This document shows positions 1 through 11,870 of a stretch of DNA of 64,000 nt, piece after piece (position 1 is the stretch's first letter; the number at the start of each line of letters is the position of its first letter). This stretch comes from Peribolospora baueri (lineage: Eukaryota), in contig JAMDHS010000084.1 of assembly GCA_029717555.1 (NCBI GenBank), forward strand, positions 1 to 64,000, read 5' to 3'. The notes under the pieces are model-generated. The model saw only the letters and a program-made list of their open reading frames with translations. It was not told the DNA's origin and searched no databases. Both the position numbers and the translations under genes were made by a program.

Positions 1-43
1 TTTTTTTTACTTCTCTTCGCGCGTTGTCCGCGTGTCATATCAG

Positions 44-506
44 TGGCGGCGGGAACGCGGCGGCTGGCAACGCCACTGCTGGTGGAAATGCTGGTGGTAA
101 GGCTGGTGGAAATGCCGGTGGAAACGCTGGTGGCAACACTGGTCAAGCAGCTACAGGTGCTCAAGCGGGCCAGGGAAACGCTAGTGGAAACGCTGGTGGA
201 AACGCTGGTGGCAACGCCGGTGGTAAGGCTGGTGGAAACGCCGGTGCGAACGCTGGTGCAAACGCTGGTCAAGCAGCTACAAGCGCTCAAGCGGGCCAGG
301 CTGCTACGAGCAGCGCGAACGCTCAGGCGAGTCAGAGCGCGACCGGTCAGGGTCGGGGTCAGGGGCAGGGGCAGGGGCAGGGGCAGGGCACGAACACGGG
401 CACCGGTAAGAAAGGGAAGGCGGCCGGCGGCGGCCAGAACGGTGCTCGACGGTTCAGGCGACCCCGTTCCCGCTCGGCGCGTCACCGCGACGTGATGATG
501 GCTTGA
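44..506 (+). CDS. Last exon of a Gly/Ala/Asn/Gln-rich repeat protein (5' part lies outside the window)
   Basis: A pyrimidine tract and CAG acceptor at 41-43 precede an open frame with GGNA/GGKA repeats, (GQ)n and a basic tail ending at TGA 504-506. Confidence 0.6.
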
Positions 507-525
507 GTCTGTGGGTGAGCGTCCG

Positions 526-553
526 CTATCCTATCCTATCCTATCCTATCCTA
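526..553. repeat. (CTATC)n microsatellite
   Basis: About 5.5 perfect copies seen directly. Confidence 0.9.
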
Positions 554-1497
554 CATTCCCCTCCTCTTCCTTCGTCACGTAGGAGATGGGTAGCATGGGA
601 AACGAGAATGCAGAGTCGGCTTTGGCTCGGCCAGGCCCCCATCGATCGAATCGTATCGTATCGTTCGTGTCCTTTCTCCATCCCCGTGCCAATCAAATCC
701 GATCGCTGCGATGCCCACCTTTAGCTCCTCAGCTCGGAACCATCTATGTCTGTCTGTCTGTCTGTCTGTGTCTGTCTGTCATGTCCGTCCGTCCGTCTAT
801 TTCCCCGCTGGAACGGAAAAGCGGACACCTCCTCCCTACCTGCACCACCGCCGACCTTACCTGTCCACACTCCAACTACGCCCACATACACGTCCCCCTC
901 CGTACATCATATCATATGTATGGGACCCTGTAAGACCCTCCCTTCCCTTTCCTTTTCCCCTGCGCGCCTACGAGTTGGACTTACCCCACACGCCTTTTCG
1001 GTTCGCGATGAGGAGGGAAAAAGTGTCGAGAGAGAGCGGGCCCTGTCCGATACGTCCTCCGTCCGCAGGGCCTCACTCAGGCTGCCCCGAGCCACAGTAG
1101 TCCGAGTAAGCCAAACAAAAAGGCTGAACGAAATGCACGGCCACCACGCCCGACGGCCGTCCCGGCCCAGATGGGGCCCCACCGGGCCGAGGTGAGAGGA
1201 GGACGACGATTCGGAATGGGGAAAACGGCCAGCAAGCCTCTGACAGCTCACGACGCACGACGGGTCTCGACCTCCTGCCGAAAGGGAGGAAGCCTCCCGT
1301 TTTTCACGGAGCGAACGACTACAAATACAAGGAAAGCGATGGGAGGAGAGGATGGTAGAAGACGCCGACCCCGGCTCGCTTTGCCTTCGTCCAAGAGTGG
1401 CCAAGGTCGAGGTAGTAGCACCGACACTGATGATGACGACGACGACGACGACGGCGACGTTGCTTCGCCGGTTCGTAGTCTGGCTGGCCGAGGAAGT

Positions 1498-2937
1498 TCA
1501 GAAGCTGTTGCGAGACAATGGCATAATCAGAATGAGAGTGCGAGCGAAAAAGACGAGGTTGAAATTAGCGGAATAGCCACAAAGTGCAGACTAGGACCGG
1601 GCCAACGACAAAGGAAACTTGTGCCGGACGACTTTGGCGGGCGAAAAAAAAAAGACCCAGGAAGCGAGGCGATGAAACGAAAAGAGAACGCCGGACTCAC
1701 GCGATGCGGTATGAGCAGTACCTTCCACTCGTCTCGGACGCTCTGGTGATCTTGACCACCTGACCGCGTTTGAGGCCGAAGTAGCGTGCCACGGGGTCCG
1801 CCAGCTGGATTCGGGGTAGTTGGTTTTCTTTGAGCCGGCTGCAGGGAAGAACAGTGGTCTTGGATGGTGAGCCCATGGTTCGTGACCACTGATAGCACAC
1901 CATAATAGGATATCTCGTCTTTCATGGTCAAAAAGGAGGGATGGGCGAAGGAGAGAAGACGAAGGAAAACGGGACTGACTACTTGAGCAAGAGTTCCTTC
2001 TTCTCCTCCGGCGTGAGCACCTCGTGCCTGGGGACGAGCATGTGTTCGGTAATGTTGACGAGCAGCTCGGCCTCCTCAAACGCTTCGAGCTCGTATTGGC
2101 CTTTGGTGGCGTCGATGACCTGCCGAGAGGGTGAAAGAAGGGCGGAAGAGGTGCGTGGGTCAAACGAGGGTGGATGAACGAGCCAGGTCAGGGAGGAAAA
2201 AGGAATGAAGGTGGAAAGGGAAAGATGTGCGCATGATGGAGAGCGCACCTTGTTCGCTGAGGAGGTCAAGCTGGTCTCGTAGATCAAGATGCCTCGCTGG
2301 ATGTTCTTCTCCTCTAGAATGTTGAGGAACCTGTATGAGAGATGAGCAGGAGAGGCCGGCGCGTCCCTCCTCATCAGCCCCTATGAACCCAAAGAAGGGA
2401 CCTCCAACGACTACAAGAAAAACGCCACGGCCCGTCCATTCATTGCAGGAGGCGCAGCGACGGACTCACTTGCGCATCCCCTTGATGCCGACCTTCTTCT
2501 CGTCTGAGTAATAGACGTACAGCTGGTCGTCCGGATTGTCCGCGTGCTGGACAAAGAAGTTAAGGCGGGCACGGCTGACGGCGCGATCACGAGGCGGCAG
2601 GTCGAGGGGAGGGGACGGATTAGGGTGAGCGCGAGGGAGGGAAGAAACGGAACGCGGGCGGAGGCGGGACTCACTCCACCACGCCGTTGATCGCATACTC
2701 GGCCTTGAAGTCGGCGTAAGAGATCTTGTACTCCTCCTCGGCGACGGCGAAGCCCTTGAGAAGAAGGCAAATGGGAGAAGGAATGTAAGCATGAGGCGCG
2801 GGAAGAAGGCCTGGCGAAGCCGCCTTGGTTTGTCTTGCATGCCTGGCGGTCGAGCTGCTCACCCTGTCCCGTACGAGCTTGTGGATGGTCCTGTGCACCC
2901 TCCACAGCCGCGCCACTTCCCTCTCGTCGTCGGCCAT
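1498..2937 (-). CDS. RPB5: RNA polymerase I/II/III shared subunit RPB5 (multi-exon)
   Basis: Spliced exons give [18 protein letters not shown]...[19 protein letters not shown]...[35 protein letters not shown] tiny last exon (CAG|C TTC TGA, 1504-1498) gives the ending YRIAF*. Confidence 0.95.
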
Positions 2938-3126
2938 GGCGATGCGGTAAGTCGGGGGGAGAGGAAGGATGAGATAGGGCGAGCGGGAACTGGAGAGCGG
3001 TGAAAGTGGTGAGTGGTTAAGTGCAAAGATGACGGGTCACGTGCGTCTGAGCGCTTCCTTCGACCACACGCCCCGCTCCATTACCGAAACTGGATCGACT
3101 GCGTGTCCGGCTGGCGTGATTCGTAC

Positions 3127-3474
3127 AGCTGTCGTGGCTATTCCAACGGAAAGGTGGTCGTTCTTATGGACTTCACCGACCGTGCGCGCCCTCTCCCTTT
3201 CTCGTAGAGGCGAGCCGTCTCCCACCCATCACAGGCGAGGCCTTGCGCTTCTTGCTCGTCCCTCCCGCAAGGCCGGGACGGGCCGCGCCTAAGCTTAAGG
3301 TGTTGTGTGCAGCCGTGTTCTCACGGTGCGCGCCCGTCAGAGTGGAAACATTGCAGCGGGTCCTTGAAAGGCTTCGCGAACGTCTGCGATGGATCGTGCG
3401 GAGGCGGTGGGCAGGCTTAGCAGCCTTTAAAGCAGCGCGAGTCGGTCCAGCGACTTCCTGACTTCACCTTTTTT
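3127..3474 (+). ncRNA. Signal recognition particle RNA (7SL/SRP RNA)
   Basis: 5' AGCTGTCGTGGCT resembles the fungal minimal Alu motif. Long-range helix 5 pairings: GTCGTT/AGCGAC, TGGAC/GTCCA, CCGAC/GTCGG, CCGTCTCC/GGAGGCGG, CCATC/GATGG, GCGAGGCCTT/AAGGCTTCGC. Helix 6 has a GCAA tetraloop (3267-3270). Helix 8 is CCCG-TCAGA-GTG-GAAA-CAT-TGCAG-CGGG (3333-3360). A T6 Pol III terminator lies at 3469-3474. Confidence 0.88.
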
Positions 3475-3835
3475 ATTATATTACTGTTTAGACGTTACGA
3501 CTGTCGGTCGTGACTGACTGCCTCGTCCGATTTCCTTATCTTTCCTTTCGCCATCGCCTCGCCGACGTTTGCCTCCAGCCGACTTGCATCGATCTGACTC
3601 GGCCACCGACCGGTACTCCTGCCGGCCCGACGCGATCGTCCGCTGCCGTCCACACGTCCGCGTCGTCCGTCACGCTCCAGGCGCGCCTTCCGTTCATATC
3701 ATATCGATCGGCTTGCTTCGATCGTCCTCCGTCGGCGTCTTACCTCCTTCTTCCCTTCCCACTACACACAGCCTCATCTCCACCGCACACGAACGACGTA
3801 CGGGACGGACGGACGACTGTCCAGCGATCCCCATC

Positions 3836-4646
3836 ATGGTGAGCCTGAGTCACCTCCTGCGAGCACTTGCCCTGCTTCTCCTTCGCCTCTCGTTTCGTCA
3901 TCCGCCGGCACTGATCCCCTGGCCTTGCTATCTTCGCTGCACCTCTCCCTCCCGTACATCTAGCCCTCAGCAGGCACAGAGCCATCCCAAATGTCCGGCG
4001 GCCCGTCTCCCCCTTCCTCCTCGGCGGCCACAGCCCCGCTTATGGCCCCTCCAGAGGTGGAAGCGACGCTGCAGAGGCTGACGGCGCACAAGAACGTCCA
4101 CGGCGTCATGGTCCTCTCCCGCGCCGACGGCCTCGTCATCCGCAACAGCGGAGCCGCATTCGAGGGCGATAGGGGCAAGCGCTACATCAGGATGGTGACC
4201 AGCGTCGTCGACGCCGCCGCCAGGGGCGTCGAGGACATGACCGAAGGGGTGAGAGGCGCTCTTGCTCCGCTCGTCCGCCAAGACCAAGTCGTCTGCTTAC
4301 TTTCCTCGCTCGTCTCTTCTCTCCTTTTCCCGTCTCCTCCCGTCTCTCCCTCCTCTCCTATCCCTTTATCCCCTCTCCATTGCATGCTTAGGACGACGAG
4401 CTCCGCTTTCTCCGCCTACGATTGCGCAAGCACGAACTGATGATATCGCCAGGTGAGCGAGCGAACGAGCGTCGGATCGATCGCTGGAGCATACACCTTC
4501 GATGCCGGCCCTCGCGCCGAGTCACCTGGGCCCCAGCATCCGATTCACATTCACCTTCCCTCCTCCGCACCCCGACTCGCCGTCGCTCACCCCTCTCGCA
4601 AACAGACCCTAAATACGTCCTCGTCGTCCTTCGAGACCCAAGCTAG
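3836..4646 (+). CDS. Dynein light chain, Roadblock/LC7 family
   Basis: PPEVEATLQRLTAHKNVHGVMVL...|DDELRFLRLRLRKHELMISP|DPKYVLVVLRDPS*. The first exon is probably ATG only (3836-3838), spliced in frame to 3964. Confidence 0.9.
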
Positions 4647-5731
4647 ACTAGACGGTGGGACGGCCTTTCGACCCCTTTCCCTCTCACTTGCCCTCTTGCT
4701 GTCCCTTCGACTTCCCCTCCCTCCCACTCCCCACCCCTATTTCCCGTCTTCTCCGCGCGTCTCGCGTCGCATCTCACGCGTGCACACCAGAACCGCCGTC
4801 TAGCCTTCGTTTTTCGCTTCCCCATCGGTCACCTTCAGTCATTCCAGCCCGTCCCGTCTCGTCCTGTCTTGTCCCGTCCGTCCCGCCAGTTGTACGTTTA
4901 CGTTCACATCGTCCAGACATCCGATCAAGGGATATTTCGTTCCACCGCACCCGCTCTTGCGATCTCGGGGCACCGACGCCCTTCCCAATCTTCGTTGGCA
5001 CCGAGCACACTCTCGCAAAGCTTTCCCCTCCCCCTAACCGGCACGGCAATTGCCAACCACATCGCATTTTCGGATTTCGCATTTATAAGTATATGGAGGG
5101 AGGAGAAGGCGGGCGGGCGGGAAAGAAACCATCTTCGGATCGAGGTCGAGTCATCTTCGTCTCACTCATCGTCCGCATCGATCCCGGTCGTGAGAAACAA
5201 AAGGCGGGCAGGCAGGCAGGCAGGAGGCGCATCCCATCCCATCCTGTCCCATTCCACCCAAACCGAACAGAGCCGAGCGAGAGAGAGTCCACCGTTTGCA
5301 CTCGCGAGACGAGACGCGACGGGGTTAGCCTCTCCACGTGTGATCATGCTCGAACGAGCTCGAGTCGGAGGAGGCAGGTCGGTGGCCCGTCTTATCTCGC
5401 CTCTTGCCCAAGGGCGATATACAGGACGGTGGTTGGTGAGCGACGGGGTGGGGGGTGGGTGGCGGGACGTGAAAGTGATGATAAGGTGCAACTGCCGGTC
5501 TGGTCCGCGCACGCGGATGGGGCGAGGCCGCTATCGTATCGTATCATATCGTCACACGGTCGAACCACGGGGCGGAAAGGGAAGGGATGACGGAATTGAA
5601 AAAGTGCGACAGAACAAGCCAGCCGAGAGTATGTGTATAGGAAAGGAGAAGGCCGATGGAAAGGGAAAAAGCAAAGATTGGTAGCCGACTTAAGGACGGG
5701 CGAGCGAGGGAGATCAAAGTCGGCACCGGCT

Positions 5732-7828
5732 TCAAGGGGACGAGGAGAAGTAGTCGATTGCCTTCTGTGGGCGATACTCCTCATCGAGGGCACTGCGAGT
5801 AAATGCGCGAGCGGGAAAGACAGCGTGAATTGAGCGAGACCGTTCCTCAATGTCTGGTCGACCCTTAGGCCGACGACTCAACCACAAACACTCACTCGAT
5901 CCGCGGGTAATACGTGTCGCCCTTCAGGACGAAGAACCTAGGCTCAAACTTCTCGCCCTTCTCCTCTCTCTCGCGCGCAGCGTCCCGCTGGGCGTCCTCG
6001 ATCTCCGTCTTGGCCGCAGTGGCGGCCTCCATGTCCGACGCCTTGATCGCGTCCGTCACTTTCGTCCACAATCTGGCATCATTGACGAGTGAAGTTATGA
6101 CGGTGATGGTGCATGTCAGACCAAAACGGGAATCGACGAAAAATTCACCATCTCCAACTAGTTCGTGCGCCCACTCACCGCCGAGACTCGAACTTCCCCT
6201 GCTCCTCTTCAGGTCGCACGGACTTCTGGACGATTTTCGCCTTCTTTGCATTGAAAAGAGTCTTCGTTTCGCCACTCTGGTAGTGAACCAAGTCGAATGG
6301 AGACATCAGATGCACTCCAGACGGCAGTGGCGCAGCGAGAAGACTCACCTTCAGGTTCTTCAGATCCATCGAGTCGCTCCAGATGCCAGAGATGTCCGCG
6401 ATCGGTTCGCCCCGTTGCTTGACACGGCCGGCCAGGGCGTTGTAGGTCCCTGTGAAAAAGCCCTGGTAAATGGAACAGCATGGCGCAGCAAGCGAATCAC
6501 GGATGTTAAGCGTATTCGATCTCGGGACGTTGTAGGCTGCGGATTTGCGTCGGGTTCACCTTCGTCTTGAACTCCACATCACATTGTATGTCCGTCTGGT
6601 CGTTTCGCACAGTGCTCATGTCGCCCAGCTCGAGAACCATCTGCAAATGGTGGAGACCGGAACAAATGAGCGAGAGAGAGAGATGGAAGAACCGAACCAG
6701 GGCAAAGAGCGGGGCCACTACTCACCCGTCCGAACAAGATGCCCCGGGCGTACCTTCAAGAGGGGCGAAGAGGTAAAAGCGAAGTCTGAGACACCGTACC
6801 GGCGACCGCGCAAACGGGCCTGATCCTCGCAAATAAACGAACTAAATTTCGGTCACCGAACTTGCAGACTCACATGTTCGGCATGCTAATCCTGTACTCC
6901 CCATCTTCCTTTCTATCGAGGAGCACCACCCTGTTCTCACCCTCCATCAGCGTCGCGGCCGAGTTTCCAAGGAACTTGGACTTGGGCTTGAGCTCGCCAT
7001 AGATAAGCAAATCGTTCTCCGAGGAGATGTAGTAGTATGCGGAGACGGGAGGATGGTGGGAGACTGGGATGTGGGAAGAGCGAGAAGACGAAGGAGATGT
7101 AGCGGACAGTGTGAACGTGCCTTCCTTGCGGATGAATTTGAAACGGTAGAATATAGTCTGGATGCTCACCTTGTTCGGCAATGTAATAACCTTTCGTACC
7201 GTTTGGGTAGTGGTAGGAACACCGGAAGAACTCGCCGAGAACAGGATTATACCTGAGATTCGGTACGATGCACGTAGGCTCAGCACCGCCACAAACATCG
7301 CAAACGTCTGTGCCATTGTTATACTCACGGCTTCTTGACGCCTTTCGGCTTGATGTGCCAGCCAGACAGGTAGTAGCTAAGAACTTCGATGAACCGCTCC
7401 TCCGGCTTCTCCTGCTTTCCCGCCCTATGGGCCGGCCAAAAGAAAATGTTACCACAAGGTCAGAAGGTGCTCTTAAAGGCATTCAACAGCGGGCTCGCCG
7501 ACTTCTCTCCATCCAAGTGGTGGCTTGTCCGTCCATTCATCCCGCCCGCTCACCCGAAAATGAGGTCCGGATGGCTCATGAAGTCGGTGATGCGCTCGAG
7601 CATGCTCCTAGGCTCGAGCACGAAGGTGGGCAGGGTGACCTTCTGGAGGTCCATGCCGATGCGCAGCTGGGAGATGATACCCATGAGAATACTCCTCGGC
7701 TCCTCGTCCAGCTCCTCGGTGTCGTTCGCGTCCGCGCCCTCCGGCGCGCGGTCCTCCTTAGTCGGCCTGATGCCCACGACACCCGCCGCGCCCGTGACGG
7801 ACGAGGAGAGGTTGGAGAGAAGACCCAT
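5732..7828 (-). CDS. Oxysterol-binding protein-related lipid transfer protein, short OSH6/OSH7 type
   Basis: GMDLQKVTLPTFVLEPRSMLERITDF, KKPYNPVLGEFF, signature AEQ|VSHHPPVSAYY, KSKFLGNS, KTEIEDAQR. The last exon ends IDYFSSSP* at 5732. Confidence 0.92.
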
Positions 7829-8406
7829 GTTCTTCCTGTATTTCCCTGATTTCCTCCCTGTAGCGCTGGCGATACGATGCGGTGCGGTGCGGTGCGGTGC
7901 GATGTGCTCCTGTGCTGGATGTCCTTTGTGTCGCGGAGGTCACGGCGGAGATAGTGGGGTTCGAGTGAGGCTATAGTAAGGGGAAGGGGGGAGTTCCCTA
8001 CGAGGAAAGAGAGAGGGGATAGGATACGTGGGTAAGCTTTACAGTATCCGGGGCGTGCGATGATGGAGGAGGGGAGGGGGACTGCAGATGTAGACTGCGC
8101 GGTGGTCAGTCAACCCAAGCCAGACCCGCCGATCATCCATCGCGAGCCAAGCCAGCCGTCTTTTTTCACGCGCACCCGTCCGCCACGTTTCCCCAACGAC
8201 CCTACTCCGGGCGGCTCGGCGGAAAACCCGGGTCGCGCCGACCGGTGTGGGGTCATTGGCGGTGACCAAGTTATCAGATACGTTGCTCACTCACCTCGGG
8301 GGACAGCGGTGGACGACTGAAGGGGGCGGGGTGGTGTGGTGTTCGACGCCAAGATTTTACATCATCGTCCCATCTCGCCGCCTCGTCATGCCGAACAGAT
8401 GAACGG

Positions 8407-8418
8407 CACGTGACGTCA
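8407..8418. promoter_or_regulatory. Overlapping E-box (CACGTG) and CRE (TGACGTCA) upstream of the OSH gene
   Basis: CACGTGACGTCA seen in the divergent OSH/SPC25 intergenic region; function is inferred. Confidence 0.4.
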
Positions 8419-9257
8419 GATAACCTTACGAGATGCCTTTTTGTTGCGTGGCTGCCGGCAGTGACCACCGTATTGCTCGTGGTGGCCGTCGCTCTGTCCT
8501 TTCCCCTTCTGCCTTTTCCGTGGCCCAGGGCACGACGTATTCTACCTCGTTTTCTCATGCTCCAAGGTCAGCTTCCCCTCCTTCTTAATTGTTTCAGCCT
8601 AGCCAAAATCCCAAGAAGGACGCAGTTGCGCACTTACACTGAATGGTAGTGCAAACCATCTATCTGGCTGTACTACTGACGAATAGGTCGATGCTGCCGG
8701 ACGCGAGGGGCACGACTTGGACCGCCTCTCGCTGCTTACACTCGATCTACCTTCACTATGTGATCCTTCATGCTTTTTTTTCCATTGGTGACAAGCGACG
8801 GCGGTGATGATACGTGGACAAGAACGGAATCTGCTCGCCGCACCGTGCGACTCTAGAGTCTGAGAGCCTCCCTGCGCGAAGGCAAGTGGGTTGGCGTACG
8901 CGGCGCCGACAGCTAAGCGGCGCCTTCTTCCATCGTCACCGCCCCGTTTCTACACAAGTTGCTCTGACATGTCCGTCAAGGATGGACGTTTCCCCTTTGC
9001 TCATCTGGTCACCTCATGCACGGTCTCACACCGACCGTCGCTGTGGGATCTGGTCTACGGGTCCGGTCATCCCGGCTTATGTCCGATATCCATTTCCCTA
9101 CTGCTCACCGTCCCATGTTCCTTCTTAGCGTAAGACACGACCCTCAGGGGCGAGCCACGGTCTGATAGACAAAGCCTTCTCTACTTCTCCACATGTGGGC
9201 ACGTCCTGTAATGTCCGGCCGAGCTCCGATGATGGAAATCCAAGACCATCCTCACAT

Positions 9258-9295
9258 ACGCGTCCGGGACGGCACGTGAGCACTGATCACGTGCC
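9258..9295. promoter_or_regulatory. MCB-like ACGCGT plus two E-boxes forming an inverted repeat upstream of SPC25
   Basis: ACGCGT at 9258-9263 and GGCACGTGA-N7-TCACGTGCC at 9271-9295. Confidence 0.45.
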
Positions 9296-9472
9296 TATTT
9301 TGTCATGTGGTCTCCGTACTTCCACTCCGTCTCCCTGATCGTACCTCGACAAGGAACACGATCATCCAGTATCAGTGGCTGGCAGCCTTGGTCTTGTACC
9401 CTCGTTCCCTTCTTATCTACATGAAGCTTCTTTGCTTGTTGGAGAGAAGAAGAAGATTTTGCCCGAGGTAGG

Positions 9473-10911
9473 ATGATCCCCTCCCCACGTCGCCTGTCGG
9501 GTCATCCCGACGCGTCACGACGCGCTCGTATGTCCCAACACAACCTCGTCTCTCCCGCTCCACACTCGCCGCATATCCTCGACCCCACGCCCGACAACAT
9601 CGACGCCCTGCCCGCGCAAGTAGATTTTTCTGATCTGCGCGACACACTCAAGGTCTTCCAGCGTGCCTTTGACAACTACATCGCGAGGGCCAAGCAGGAG
9701 GTCTACGATCGACAGCAGAGGGACGAGGCGGCGCAGGTGGAGGAGGCGGACAAGAGGAAGAGCACAGAGGCGGATATCGCGCTGTACAAGCAGAGGGAAA
9801 TGGACCTCATTCAGAGTGCGTAAACATTTTCCTCCGTCCAGGTCGGACGCTCGCCCTTTCCCTCTCTTCGCCGCCGACCAGGACCTGCTTTTCTCGTCCC
9901 TCCTCGCAGCGATTCAGAGAGAAAAGACGGAAGATAAGGCGGCGCGAGAGGCTATCTCCTCTCTGGAGCGGCAGAAACGGGGCATGCAGGATCGACTCAA
10001 CGGCGTGCTGACCGAGGTGGAAGAATGGAGGGCAAAGGTGAAGGCTCAGCGCGAAGGCAAGTGAAACTTCAGGCTCCACACCTAGATGCGACGTGACGTA
10101 GCCATCGACAGTCCGGCTGATCGCGACATTCGATACTCTCTTCGTCTCCCTATGAATGCAGTTAAGGACGCAGCGCGTCGTGCCCTCGAGGCTCAAGTAT
10201 CCCGGAACGCGCCCGAATTGGCGCTTCTGACCGAGAAGCTCGGCCTCGTTATAGAGGGCAAGCGGCGTGAGCGATGAATCTTGCTTTTCTACTTGATCGT
10301 CTTGCTCTCGGCCCTCTCTCCGCCTGCTGGTCGTGAGCCGAACTGATTTGACCTCGCTACTTTCGCACGTTCTCTCCTGGCTGTTCTCTGCCTTTGTTCC
10401 AGGCGACGTAATTGGCTTCAATTTTAATTACATCGACGGCTCCGACTGGGATCGACCCTTCTCCTTCGAGATCGACGTCTCTCGGCGGACGTACGAGGGT
10501 AAGCGGACGTTCTCGCATACCCAACTTGGTCTTGCTTCCGCTGCAGCTTTCTGACTCTATCCGACCCGTATCCTCGCGCCTGCCTCTTTCTTTCGCATCC
10601 ATTCCTTCACCCCTCTCTCCCCGTCGCCCCTCACTTCCAAACCCGTCATCCCGATCCAATCCCATACCGCCCCACATCGTCCTCTTCTTCTCCCAAACCA
10701 AACAAAACCGCCACCCGAAAACAACCCGAACCGAACCGAATCGGGAAAAAAAGTCCGCACAACGTCCCCACAGCTGCCCGCATCGGCGCTCGCGCCGCTG
10801 GTGGCGGAGTTGAACCGGAGCCGGAGGTTCTACGCGTTCGTCAAGGCCATGAGGGCCGCTTTTAAAGCGCTGGTTGAGGAGGAGAGGGCGGCAGCAGCTT
10901 TGGTGGCGTAG
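9473..10911 (+). CDS. SPC25: Kinetochore Ndc80-complex subunit Spc25
   Basis: Long coiled coil followed by RNAPELALLTEKLGLVIEG, VIGFNFNYIDGSDWDRPFSFEIDVSRRTYE and LVAELNRSRRFYAFVKAMRAAFK, typical of the Spc25 C-terminal RWD domain. Start could instead be the second Met (9530). Confidence 0.85.
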
Positions 10912-11870
10912 GCGAAGGGGTAAGGGTCGGGTCTTGAGGATTGGGCGGGGAAGGAGAAAGATGGAAGCGGGAGACGGCGGCAAGGAGGGGATGATAGGGA
11001 CCAGGCGACTCGACCGCCCACGATTCCCATCTGCCCGTCTCGCTTCGCGCCGAGCCGAGCCGTCGGTCGAGGTATTTCGTTTGTTTCTCCTCCGACCTTT
11101 TTTCTTTTTCTTTTCCTTTTCTTTTTCGACCCATCTTGTTGTACTTTATTCTCCTTTCATGCGTTCTCCTCTCCAAACGCATACCTGCGTTCCTTACCGC
11201 GCCCGGGTGGACACTGCTACTACTACAACTAGCACGGCGCATTCGCTTCAGGAGACGGATGGGGCGAGCGGGGCGGGCGGACAGCGGCTGGTTGGTTGCC
11301 TGCCGGCTGGGTGTGAGGGAGCCGTCTTACATCGGACGTGTTTAGCTCATCGATCCCCTCTGAGCTTATCCTCGATGAAACTTCGACACGCGACTGGTAC
11401 GGGCTCCGCCTTCGTCGGGCGAGACGATTCGGCCATCGATGATGATACCCTCTTTCGGGTGACGGACGGACGGACGTGCTCCGCCAGTCGCCGGAGCTCA
11501 AGCGAGGGAAGGGCAAGAGGGGGACGAACGAAGCTCGCAGAGCGTATATTCGTCAAAGGAACAAGGCGGACCAACTGGGAGACTACAGATGTGGGCGCGC
11601 GCGCACGAAGAGGAAAGGAGAGGGCAGAAAGGCAGAGAAAGGGAAAGGAAGGGCGGAAGAGGCGCGCGGCGCGGCAAAGAAAGGGGGGGTGGGGGGTGGG
11701 GTACGATTGGGACGGATGGGATGGTGGTGGGATAGTGATGTGACCGAAACGAAGGAAAGGGGGGGATTCAGGGGGACGGATGACCCGTAACGAAGGAGGA
11801 CAGGGAAAAAGAGTTGGACGAGGGGATGGAGCGGACACCCCCCCTCGCCGTGCGGATCGATCGGGCTGCT

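Noticed and set aside
4655..5684. 311-aa and 271-aa ORFs
   Set aside because: They span SSR-rich convergent 3' regions; long open frames are expected at this GC content.
10874..11743. 289-aa plus-strand ORF
   Set aside because: Low-complexity convergent 3' UTR region between SPC25 and GH16 with no protein-like features.
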